A stretch of DNA of 64,000 nt from a bacterium (lineage in GTDB: Bacteria; Patescibacteriota; Microgenomatia; UBA1400; UBA12108). The notes under the pieces were generated by a model, which was not told where the DNA came from, searched no databases, and worked only from the letters and a program-made list of their open reading frames with translations. Of this stretch, positions 55,962 to 64,000 are shown piece after piece. The stretch covers positions 6,283 through 70,282 of the forward strand of contig JAJYKS010000003.1 of the NCBI GenBank assembly GCA_021788365.1. Direction: 5' to 3'. How positions within the stretch are numbered: the first letter of the stretch is position 1; the number at the start of each line of letters is the position of its first letter. A program made the translations under genes and the position numbers.

Positions 55962-56432
55962 ATGAATAGAGCTGTTATAAGGTATGACCAGCCAGGGGAG
56001 TGGGAAGTGAAGATCCCGTTTGCAAAAATGGGAGAGGAAAAGGAATGGGTGGGGGTGGTGAAAGCAATGACACCAGGTACCTACAACCTGTCCGTCACGG
56101 CGGAGCATAGTGCGCGGGGCACGCGGGGAAGGATTACGGTAAAAGCTGTGGCTGCGAAGGGTGCAACGGTGAACATTCAAGGGATGATAAAGATATACAA
56201 AGCGGCGCAGCAGACTGATGATTTTTTAGAACTACGTGTCCTAACGCTTGATCCTTCAGCGCGGGCGACGGCAGAGCCAAAACTCGAGATAGAAGCGGAT
56301 GATGTGAGGGCGTCGCATGCCGCGTCGGTCGGGCCGGTTGATCCCGAACAACTCCTGTACCTTATGTCGCGCGGTTTGGGTGAGGAGCAGGCAAAAGAGA
56401 GCATTGTAGACGGGTTCCTACAGATAACGTAG
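55962..56432 (+). CDS. sufD: Short SufD-like protein (C-terminal beta-helix only)
   Basis: P.LEI.ADDV.ASHAA.VG.VD.EQL.YL.SRG. Confidence 0.85.
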   Translation: MNRAVIRYDQPGEWEVKIPFAKMGEEKEWVGVVKAMTPGTYNLSVTAEHSARGTRGRITVKAVAAKGATVNIQGMIKIYKAAQQTDDFLELRVLTLDPSARATAEPKLEIEADDVRASHAASVGPVDPEQLLYLMSRGLGEEQAKESIVDGFLQIT

Positions 56433-56454
56433 CCCCTGGTGATAAAATTAGGAC

Positions 56455-57681
56455 ATGTTTGATCCACAGTTAATTCGTAAAGATTTTCCCATTCTCTCGC
56501 GGGAGGTGAATGGCAAGCCACTCGTGTACTTGGATAGTGCGGCGACCTCACAGAAACCACGGCAAGTGCTGGACGCGGAGCGAGAGTATTACGAACACCA
56601 AAATGCGAACGTGCACCGCGGGGCACACACACTTGGAGACGAATCGACTCATTTGTTGGACGTAGCGAGGGAGAAAGTACAGCTCTTTATCGTCGCTCCT
56701 AGAAAAGAAGAGATCATTTTTGTTCGTAATACTACGGAGGCAATTAACCTGGTCGCGTACTCGTGGGGGAGCGGGTATTTAGCGAAAGATGATGTGGTCG
56801 TCACTACCGTGATGGAGCACCACTCCAACATGGTCCCGTGGCAGAGTGCAGCGGAGCGGAGGGGAGCAAAAGTAGAAGTTGTCGGTCTTACGGAAAGCGG
56901 GCAGATAGACATGAAAGATTACCGGAAAAAACTAGAGCTAAAACCGAAGCTGGTAGCATTTGCCCACGTGTCCAATACATTGGGGACGGTAAACCCCGTT
57001 GCCGAGATGACAAAGCTCGCACATAAGGCTGGAGCATTGGTGCTTGTGGACGGGGCGCAGGCCGTGCCGCATATGCCGGTTAATGTTGCGGCGTTGGGAT
57101 GTGACTTTTACGTGTTTTCTGGCCACAAAATGCTGGGGCCGATGGGTGTCGGTGTTTTGTGGGGTAGGAAAGAGCTCTTAGAAGCAATGCCACCGTTTCT
57201 CACTGGCGGGGGCATGATAGACGAGGTGTATCCTGACCACGCGACGTGGGCGGCGTTACCTGACAAATTTGAGGCAGGGACACCAAACGTTGCCGGGGCC
57301 GTTGGTTTCACGAGCGCGATCGATTACCTGGAGAAACTGAGTATGAAGGATGTATGGGAGCATGACCGGGAGCTCGTTGCCTATGCTTTGCAGCGGCTAT
57401 CCACTGTCCCAGAAGTCAAAATACTCGGAATACGGGATAGCGAGATGCGAAGTGGGAGCGTAGCGTTTGTTTATAGCGGTGTGCATGCACACGACGTTGC
57501 AACAATTTTGGACTCTGAAGGGATAGCGGTCCGTTCTGGTCATCATTGTACGATGCCGCTCCATTCCTCCATGGGTGTGGCGGCCTCAGTACGAGCCAGT
57601 TTTAGCGTGTATACGACAAAAGATGATATCGATGCTTTAATTACCGCGCTTGAGAAAGTAAAAAAAGTATTTAATACATAA
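56455..57681 (+). CDS. sufS: Cysteine desulfurase SufS
   Basis: YLDSAATSQKP, SGHKM.GP, FEAGTP, RSGHHC. Confidence 0.96.
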   Translation: MFDPQLIRKDFPILSREVNGKPLVYLDSAATSQKPRQVLDAEREYYEHQNANVHRGAHTLGDESTHLLDVAREKVQLFIVAPRKEEIIFVRNTTEAINLVAYSWGSGYLAKDDVVVTTVMEHHSNMVPWQSAAERRGAKVEVVGLTESGQIDMKDYRKKLELKPKLVAFAHVSNTLGTVNPVAEMTKLAHKAGALVLVDGAQAVPHMPVNVAALGCDFYVFSGHKMLGPMGVGVLWGRKELLEAMPPFLTGGGMIDEVYPDHATWAALPDKFEAGTPNVAGAVGFTSAIDYLEKLSMKDVWEHDRELVAYALQRLSTVPEVKILGIRDSEMRSGSVAFVYSGVHAHDVATILDSEGIAVRSGHHCTMPLHSSMGVAASVRASFSVYTTKDDIDALITALEKVKKVFNT

Positions 57682-57684
57682 TAT

Positions 57685-58050
57685 ATGGATATCTACCGCG
57701 AAGAAGTACTCGACCACTACAAAACTCCGCGAAATCAGGGGAAGCTTGTGGGGGATGATGTGCTCACTGCGAGTGGGGCAAATTCATCTTGTGGGGATAG
57801 CATTAAAGTTTACTTAAGAGTGACAGAGGGAAAAATAGACGAGGTGCGGTGGGAGGGGAGTGGGTGCGCGATAAGTACCGCGGCAGCGTCAAAGCTGTCG
57901 CAGTATTTGCAGGGAAAAACAGTGAAAGCGCTCACGAAAATGAGCGAAGACGAGCTGACGAGAGAGGCAATCGGCCTGAAAGTAAACCCAGGAAGGCTCA
58001 AGTGTTTGATGCTACCGGCGACGGTTGTACGGAAGCTTTTGGGAAATTGA
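57685..58050 (+). CDS. sufU: SufU/IscU-type scaffold
   Basis: YRE..LDHY..PRN.G, N..CGD, GCAIS.A, R.KC. Confidence 0.9.
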   Translation: MDIYREEVLDHYKTPRNQGKLVGDDVLTASGANSSCGDSIKVYLRVTEGKIDEVRWEGSGCAISTAAASKLSQYLQGKTVKALTKMSEDELTREAIGLKVNPGRLKCLMLPATVVRKLLGN

Positions 58051-59104
58051 GGTTGGGAAGGCGATCGATGGTGGCGGGGTTGGCAAAATCACCGCGGAGA
58101 TATTGATGGTAGGCTGCGACACCAATCATGGCAGCGTTGTCGGTGAAGAGTTTTTTGGTATAGGGGATGAATGTCGGTATCCCACATTCTTTGGCGACCG
58201 CGCGAGTGAGGGTGCGGAGCGCAACGTTGCTGACGACACCACCGCCTAGGAGAATCATTTCGGGTGAGTAGAGGTCTATCGCTCGGCGGAAGCGCTTCAT
58301 AAGATGTTTGAATACAGCTACCTGGAAGCTCGCTGCGAAGTCGGCGACGAACTCCTTAGTTAACTCTGGCTTTTCCCGTTCTAGGAAGTAGCGCACTTGG
58401 GTTTTTAAGCCGGAGAAACTAAAGTTTAGATCTTTCCGCGTCGTCATGGGTTCGGGGAGGTGATATTTTGGCGTGCCGACTTTGGCGAGCTCTGCCACGA
58501 TGGGGCCACCGGGATAGCCAAGCTGCAGCATGCGCCCGACTTTGTCATAGGCCTCACCGGCGGCGTCGTCCAGCGTCTCACCTATAAGTTCGTAATCACC
58601 GATACCTCGCATTAAAACGAGCTCTGTGTGACCGCCGGAAATGAGAAATCCTAAAGCAGGATAGGTTGCATACCTGGTACGTGATCTGGTGATTTTGGTG
58701 TTAGGAGTTGCAAAACTACTTAACAGATGGCCCTCCATGTGGTTGGCGGCGATAAGGGGGAGCGACCATTTCTCTGCCAATTCTTTAGCATACGCGATAC
58801 CCTGCTCTAGAGAGGGGGCGAGGCCGGGACCAACCGTTACTGCTATCGCAGTAACGCAATTTTCATTTTTCAGTTTACAATTTTCAAATTTGAACCCTGC
58901 TTTTCGCATGGCGAGGTCGACAACTTTTGGCAACCACTCGTGGTGCAAACGACGTGCGATGTCGGGGACGGTGCCACCCCACTCGGCATGATAGCGGGTT
59001 TGGGAGGAGACGACACTGCTTATGACGCGCGTGCCACGGGTGACGGCGGCGCACGTGTCGTCGAGACTCGTCTCGATAGATAAAATAGTTGGTTCTTTCG
59101 TCAT
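57998..59104 (-). CDS. tsaD: tRNA threonylcarbamoyltransferase TsaD
   Basis: IETS.DDT, GPGL, H.EGH, SGGHT, DDA.GE..DK, SFSGLK, DNAAMI. Confidence 0.96.
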   Translation of the reverse strand: MTKEPTILSIETSLDDTCAAVTRGTRVISSVVSSQTRYHAEWGGTVPDIARRLHHEWLPKVVDLAMRKAGFKFENCKLKNENCVTAIAVTVGPGLAPSLEQGIAYAKELAEKWSLPLIAANHMEGHLLSSFATPNTKITRSRTRYATYPALGFLISGGHTELVLMRGIGDYELIGETLDDAAGEAYDKVGRMLQLGYPGGPIVAELAKVGTPKYHLPEPMTTRKDLNFSFSGLKTQVRYFLEREKPELTKEFVADFAASFQVAVFKHLMKRFRRAIDLYSPEMILLGGGVVSNVALRTLTRAVAKECGIPTFIPYTKKLFTDNAAMIGVAAYHQYLRGDFANPATIDRLPNLNFPKASVQPSPVASNT

Positions 59105-59142
59105 AATCGCATATTATATCTGGATTTTTATTTTTAGTGCGG

Positions 59143-59377
59143 TCTCGGCCTCACTTGCCGAGTCCATTTTCTTGATTCTCGTCAAGAAAATGAACCAAAA
59201 GAAACGAGCTCGCAGGCTCGCTAAAATTATCAGGTTCATGGGTATGGACAAGATTTTCTGGTGACCGTCTCGCTCCACTCGACTTCGTCACCAGACGCAT
59301 TTGTCCATATTTAAAGTTGTATTCACCTGACAATTTTCTGACGCTCACGCTGCGAGATTGTATGGACGGCAGCTGGT
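59143..59377. repeat. Cluster of hairpins between divergent tsaD and HIT promoters
   Basis: CTCGGC/GCCGAG, CATTTTCTTGA/TCAAGAAAATG, CGAGC/GCTCG, GTCCATA/TATGGAC. Confidence 0.55.
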
Positions 59378-59388
59378 ACAATGTGCTC

Positions 59389-59763
59389 ATGACTGATTGT
59401 ATTTTCTGCAAAATAGTGGCGGGGGAGATACCCAGCTATAAAATATATGAAGATGAGAAATATCTGGCTTTTTTGGATATTATGCCGTGGTGTGAGGGAC
59501 ACACGCTTGTAATCCCCAAGCAACATGTGCAGTGGGTGTGGGACTATGAAAATGTTGGCGAGTACTTTGAGGTGGTACGGAAAATTGCAAAACATTTAGG
59601 TAGAGTAAGTGGGGAGGAAGTGGTTAGGTCCAATATCGATGGCTGGGAAGTGCCCCATGCACATATTCACGTCAAACCGGGAAAGAATAACGGAATGAAG
59701 GGTGAGCAAATTGCTCCCGAAGAAATGGAGAAAATCCGCGCGAAGTTTACGATGCTGTCATGA
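59389..59763 (+). CDS. HIT family protein
   Basis: CIFCKI..GEIP, AFLDI.P...GHTLVIPK, HAHIH. Confidence 0.93.
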   Translation: MTDCIFCKIVAGEIPSYKIYEDEKYLAFLDIMPWCEGHTLVIPKQHVQWVWDYENVGEYFEVVRKIAKHLGRVSGEEVVRSNIDGWEVPHAHIHVKPGKNNGMKGEQIAPEEMEKIRAKFTMLS

Positions 59764-60852
59764 CCACTCAGGTGTGGAGAAGCTGTAGGTAATTTTTCTG
59801 GTTTGGTCGTCTAATTCTTTGATATCGATCAAAAGAATGGGATAATCGTTTTTGTACTGCTCGAGTGTGCTCTTGGCTTTACCAGCCCATTCCATGGCGA
59901 TAATGTTTCCCGGCGCAAGAAGCGAGGAAAAGTGGAGGGTAGACTCCAGCTCGTCCATGTCTCCCAGTCGCCAAGTATCGATGTGATAGAAGACGCCGGC
60001 GTATTTGGGTAGTGTGTACGGATATTCATGAAGAAGTGTATACGTAGGAGAGGCAACGGTTTCGCTCACGCCGAGCGCTGTGGCTATCCCTTTACTAAAT
60101 TGGGTTTTACCGGCACCGAGCTCTCCTTGTAGGGCAATGATGAGTGGATACTTGTGAAGGAGATTTAAGTATTTGCGGGTGAGCTGACTGGCAAAGGCGA
60201 TGGTCTCTTTGGCAGAGTGGGTGGAGAGGCTGGGGGAGGACAGGGGAAGCGTAATTTCACCTTGGCGTAGCACCTCCGGAGAATTCAGGGTAGTGTCTAC
60301 CACGGTGCTGGTGGGACGCTCTACGAGTTTGCCCCCGTCGAGAAAAAGGCTGACCAGACCTTGCTTCTCCCCCGTCGTATATTTTTGCCAGTCGTCCAAA
60401 CTGTATGGCTCTTTTTTGCCGCTGGTGTTGGCGCTGGTTGCCGTCACGGGTTTGCCATAGACGCGAACGAGTTCGAGGGCAAACAAGTAATCGGGAATCC
60501 GAACTCCAAGCGTACCCTCCGCAGATTCTAGCCGTGCGTCGAGCTTGTGAAGGCTTTGGGAAATTACCGTCATCGGGCCGGGGAGGAAATTTTGGTATAG
60601 GTTGTCGGCCATGGCGTTTATCTCGACGTATTCTTTGGCCATCGTGCGGCTCTCGACAGCTATTGAAACCTGGCGGTGGCGGTCGCCTTTATACGCGAGG
60701 AGCCTAGTGACTGCTTCCGCGTTTGTTGCATCGGCGGCAATGCCATAGCACGTCTCCGTGGGGAAAATGACCAATTCTCCACGCCCTAGGACTTGGCAGG
60801 CAAGATGGATAGCATTTGAGTCTTTGGTATTTACAATCTGCATACGTGACAC
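59758..60852 (-). CDS. TsaC(YrdC)-TsaE fusion
   Basis: N-terminal PTET.YG, PGP.T, GVRIP, TSAN.SG, STVVD; C-terminal GELGAGKT, V.SPTY, H.D..R, EW. Confidence 0.88.
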   Translation of the reverse strand: MSRMQIVNTKDSNAIHLACQVLGRGELVIFPTETCYGIAADATNAEAVTRLLAYKGDRHRQVSIAVESRTMAKEYVEINAMADNLYQNFLPGPMTVISQSLHKLDARLESAEGTLGVRIPDYLFALELVRVYGKPVTATSANTSGKKEPYSLDDWQKYTTGEKQGLVSLFLDGGKLVERPTSTVVDTTLNSPEVLRQGEITLPLSSPSLSTHSAKETIAFASQLTRKYLNLLHKYPLIIALQGELGAGKTQFSKGIATALGVSETVASPTYTLLHEYPYTLPKYAGVFYHIDTWRLGDMDELESTLHFSSLLAPGNIIAMEWAGKAKSTLEQYKNDYPILLIDIKELDDQTRKITYSFSTPEWS

Positions 60853-60881
60853 AGATATTCTAACAGGGTAGGATCAAAGCT

Positions 60882-62114
60882 ATGTGGAGACGTTGGTTTG
60901 CACGTGTGGATCAAGTCTGGCTTGAGGTAACGGCGTTTTTATCTATCTTGTTTTTTGTTTTTCTTGCTGATGCTGTTTTTTCGGATTTTGTTCCGGCGTT
61001 TATGCAGCGAGTTCTTGGCAGCCCTCTCGTTATGGGAATCGTTATGTCTACCTCGTCTGCTGCTGGGCTTGTTTTAGATCTTCTTTTTGCAAAACTGTTG
61101 CGGGGAACTAGTTTGCGCCGCATGGTACTGTATGCGATAGCGGGGTGTATGGCGTTTGGCACTTTGCTCATGTTTGCAACTGTGCGTCCCTGGCTCATCA
61201 TACTCATCCCGGCAATGATGGTGTGGGGGCTCTACTATGAATTTTTTGGATTTTCCGGGCAGAAGTTTGTCGTAGATACTGTTGTACGAGATAAACGATC
61301 GATGGTATGGGGAGTGATGTTTACCATACAGAGTTTGGCGTATGCTTTAGGACCACTCTTGTCCGAATGGCTTTTACAGTTTGGAGATCGCGTGGTCATC
61401 GGTGTTGCGTTGGTTATGATATTTTTAGGTGTTTTTTTGTTTTTACTCTTGCACTTACCGACGCGAGAGCCAACAATCGATATTGTTGACGTTACCCTTC
61501 GGTCCGAATTGTCTCATTGGCGTGTGCTGTTTTTGCATATGTGGCCAATCCTTGTACTGTCAGTTCTTTTAGGATTGGTGGATGCAACATTTTGGACGAC
61601 GGGAACTGTTGTAACTGACGAACTTGCAAAACAGAGTGCTGCAGGGTCGTTTTTCCTTACGACATATATGATTCCTTCGCTACTCGTTGGTTTTGTGTTG
61701 GCACGGTGGCATATTGTGGTGGGAAAGAAGAAGCGGGCCGAGTGGCTGGTTCTCCTAAATGGCCTTATCTTGGCGGGTATGTTCCTTTTCCATTCTGTGT
61801 GGTGGTACCTGATAGTCGTTTTTGTTTCATCGTTTCTCAATGGGATCGCATGGCCGCTTGTCAACGCTGTTTATACTGACCTTCTCGCACGTGCGGGGCG
61901 GGAGCGTAAGCATATGATGGGCCTCCAGAATTCTACGTCTGACATTGCGTATGTCGTGGGGCCAATTCTTGCCGGATGGTTGGCACAAGTATTTGGCGAA
62001 CTTGGGTCATTTATTGCCTTGGGATGGATTGTTGCAGCGGTGTCACTATTCCTCCTTTTTGTAACGCCAAAGAAGCTGAAATTACCACAAACGGAGATCG
62101 CTTCCTGGGAATAA
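60882..62114 (+). CDS. MFS transporter
   Basis: About 12 TMs in 6+6 arrangement; GP.L.G motifs. Confidence 0.82.
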   Translation: MWRRWFARVDQVWLEVTAFLSILFFVFLADAVFSDFVPAFMQRVLGSPLVMGIVMSTSSAAGLVLDLLFAKLLRGTSLRRMVLYAIAGCMAFGTLLMFATVRPWLIILIPAMMVWGLYYEFFGFSGQKFVVDTVVRDKRSMVWGVMFTIQSLAYALGPLLSEWLLQFGDRVVIGVALVMIFLGVFLFLLLHLPTREPTIDIVDVTLRSELSHWRVLFLHMWPILVLSVLLGLVDATFWTTGTVVTDELAKQSAAGSFFLTTYMIPSLLVGFVLARWHIVVGKKKRAEWLVLLNGLILAGMFLFHSVWWYLIVVFVSSFLNGIAWPLVNAVYTDLLARAGRERKHMMGLQNSTSDIAYVVGPILAGWLAQVFGELGSFIALGWIVAAVSLFLLFVTPKKLKLPQTEIASWE

Positions 62115-62129
62115 GTTATAATCGCAAGC

Positions 62130-62867
62130 ATGGAATTTCCTAAACCACAAAAATATACAGCAAGAGTCTCCGATAGCTACTACGTGACCGACAATAGGCA
62201 CTTCCTCCTTGTAAAGTTTGAGCTAACGTCGCCTGATAGATTCGAGTTTTCTGCTGGACAATACGTGTCTATTCGCATCGACGAGGCGGGCAATCGCCGT
62301 AGCTACTCTATTGCCAGTTCTCCAGATGACACCCATGGTTTTACCATACTTGCTGAGATGATACCCGCTGGCGTGGGGAGTTCATTTTTAGCCGCCCTTG
62401 TCCCTGGAGATGGGGTGGAAGTACTTGCCCCACTTGGGAGATTTGTTGTTGATTCTACACAGCTTTTGCCAGACAGTAAACTTCTTTTTGTGGCGACTGG
62501 GAGTGGTATTGCTCCAGCCTATTCCATGATTAACGACCTCCTTGTTAATAAACATGAGACGCGTCCAATGCGACTCCATTGGGGGATGCGTGGCGAGGAA
62601 AATCTTTTTTGGTTCGATAACTTTATGCGTCTTGCCGAAGAACATGCTAACTTTGTCTTTGATCCCGTTCTCTCCCATCCCTCTGAGGACTGGGATCTAT
62701 GTACGGGACATGTCCAGGACTGCCTATCGCGCGACTTTGCAGAGGAACGACTTGTTGGTTGGCATGCTTATATTTGTGGTAATCCGAACATGGTAGAGGA
62801 GGTGTCTGCTCTCGTTCTCTCGCTTGGCGTGCAACAGGATGCAATACATACGGAGAAGTTCTCATGA
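62130..62867 (+). CDS. FAD/NAD(P)-binding ferredoxin reductase-type oxidoreductase
   Basis: GQY, RSYSIAS, G.GS, P.G.F, ATGSGIAP, YICGNP.M. Confidence 0.9.
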   Translation: MEFPKPQKYTARVSDSYYVTDNRHFLLVKFELTSPDRFEFSAGQYVSIRIDEAGNRRSYSIASSPDDTHGFTILAEMIPAGVGSSFLAALVPGDGVEVLAPLGRFVVDSTQLLPDSKLLFVATGSGIAPAYSMINDLLVNKHETRPMRLHWGMRGEENLFWFDNFMRLAEEHANFVFDPVLSHPSEDWDLCTGHVQDCLSRDFAEERLVGWHAYICGNPNMVEEVSALVLSLGVQQDAIHTEKFS

Positions 62868-63037
62868 GCTATAGAACTATACGCTGTGAGCATTGTCATA
62901 ACGACTTTGTATGGAGCAGGGAGGAGCAGGAACTTTACGCGAAACGGGGACTACCCGACCCAAAGTACTGCCCCATTTGTCGTGGTATTATGGAGGCTCG
63001 TGAGCGGGACAGTGCAAGGAAGAAATATGAGCGATGA
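62864..63037 (+). CDS. Small zinc-ribbon protein (57 aa)
   Basis: Manual translation MSYRTIRCEHCHNDFVWSREEQELYAKRGLPDPKYCPICRG...; ATGA-coupled; missed by the ORF track. Confidence 0.85.
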   Translation: MSYRTIRCEHCHNDFVWSREEQELYAKRGLPDPKYCPICRGIMEARERDSARKKYER

Positions 63038-63281
63038 CCCAAAACTTATTCGGCAAATCGGTAAATACCGAGTAGTGCTGGTGCAGTCGAAGTGTATTGC
63101 GGCTGCCTCGTGCGTGGCTATTTCTCCAGCTGTTTATAAGCTTAATGAGCAAAACTTGGTTGAGTTTCTCGATAACCCGCAGGACGAAGAGGACAATATA
63201 CTCCTTGCAGCGCAGAGCTGTCCGACTGGTGCGATCGAGATATATGAGGGTGAAACACGAGTTTGGCCACCCGAATCGTAA
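63027..63281 (+). CDS. Monocluster ferredoxin (probably 3Fe-4S)
   Basis: CIAAASC...AAQSCPTGAI; second cluster Cys replaced by Ala. Confidence 0.85.
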   Translation: MSDDPKLIRQIGKYRVVLVQSKCIAAASCVAISPAVYKLNEQNLVEFLDNPQDEEDNILLAAQSCPTGAIEIYEGETRVWPPES

Positions 63282-63302
63282 CGAAGGGGTATAGTGGGAT
63301 AT

Positions 63303-63926
63303 ATGAATACCAAATCAGTCATCGTTTTCGTCGTTGCTACCATTGTTGTGTTGGTTGGGGTCGTTGGTCTTTTGTGGCAATTTGGCGGTACGACGGCGAG
63401 TACTACAAAACCGATCGCGGATGTCGCCGGCCAGATGCTCCACAAACAGGGGGATGGGCCGGTTGTTGTCACCGAGTTTTCTGACTTTCAGTGTCCAGCG
63501 TGCCAGGCCGTACATGAGCCATTGAAGCAGCTTCTTGCCAAGTATTCCGGCAAGGTTACGTTTGTGTATCGATACTTCCCTTTGACTAATATTCATAAGA
63601 ACGCCATGCTTTCCGCACAAGCAGCGGAAGCGGCTGGGCGGCAAGGCAAATTCTGGGAGATGGGCGACCTCCTCTTTTCCAAGCAAACAGAGTGGGAGGG
63701 GATAGCCGATCCGCACGCAACCTTTATCCAATATGCCGCAAGCCTTGGCCTTGACCAGGCAAAGTTTGCCGCGGATTTGGACTCTTCTAATGTAAAGGAC
63801 GCAGTAACGACGGATTTGACTGCGGCAACAAAATACAATCTGCAGGGGACGCCGACTATTTTTGTGAATGGTGTGCAGACGGACTTTGCTAACCTCGACG
63901 CAGCTATAACTCAAGCAGCTAAGTGA
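63303..63926 (+). CDS. DsbA/BdbD-like thioredoxin
   Basis: N-terminal TM, EFSDFQCPAC, FPL..IH, QGKFWEM, GTPT.F.NG. Confidence 0.9.
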   Translation: MNTKSVIVFVVATIVVLVGVVGLLWQFGGTTASTTKPIADVAGQMLHKQGDGPVVVTEFSDFQCPACQAVHEPLKQLLAKYSGKVTFVYRYFPLTNIHKNAMLSAQAAEAAGRQGKFWEMGDLLFSKQTEWEGIADPHATFIQYAASLGLDQAKFAADLDSSNVKDAVTTDLTAATKYNLQGTPTIFVNGVQTDFANLDAAITQAAK

Positions 63927-63971
63927 TCCGGTTTGTGGTAGAGCGCAGTATTTTTCCAGATTAGAGGTCTA

Positions 63972-64000
63972 TTGACACTAGGGTTCCACCAGGGTATAAC
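63972..64000 (+). promoter_or_regulatory. Sigma70-like promoter for the next gene
   Basis: TTGACA-17 bp-TATAAC at the window end. Confidence 0.55.

Noticed and set aside
55769-55969. 66-aa ORF between sufB and sufD (and similar ORFs at 32728-33142 and 38416-38619)
   Set aside because: Translations of the 3-copy structured repeat; reading frames and boundaries differ between copies
62886-63026. N-terminal extension of the ferredoxin ORF
   Set aside because: Region is occupied by the zinc-ribbon gene in another frame; ferredoxin starts at 63027

Overview
Origin-of-replication region of a small-genome bacterium. Gene content and style (tandem VirB2-like pilins, PrgI, VirB4, lower mevalonate pathway, short SufD, very tight packing) suggest Patescibacteria/CPR, probably Microgenomates; this is an inference. 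Layout: rnhA, flippase, O-antigen ligase, jag, yidC, yidD, rnpA, rpmH | oriC | dnaA, dnaN. A ~25 kb monoderm-type T4SS-like locus follows, with VirB4, PrgI, a CHAP hydrolase, a VirB6-like protein, 10 pilin-module genes and a divergent 1114-aa orphan. An ECF sigma cassette and an idi-mvk-mvk/pmk-mvaD-uppS operon split this locus. Further right are a SpoIID-like hydrolase, smpB/tmRNA, comF, glgA/glgP, a GIY-YIG nuclease, two tRNA-Ser genes, dipZ, hpf, mgtA, fba/pgk, an Rrf2-suf operon, tsaD, a tsaC-tsaE fusion and an FNR/zinc-ribbon/ferredoxin/DsbA run. Most notable observations: (1) pilin modules carrying N-terminal cargo, including a lytic-transglycosylase-like domain; (2) exact 8-bp-period YCRG arrays, some inverted, seen only within ~6 kb of oriC and embedding -10 boxes; (3) a tRNA-Ser with anticodon ACU beside a tRNA-Ser(GCU) with C33; (4) a 3-copy structured intergenic element with covariation; (5) pervasive leaderless promoters; (6) a circularly permuted SpoIID domain. 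All calls come from motif recognition by eye; no searches or folding programs were run.
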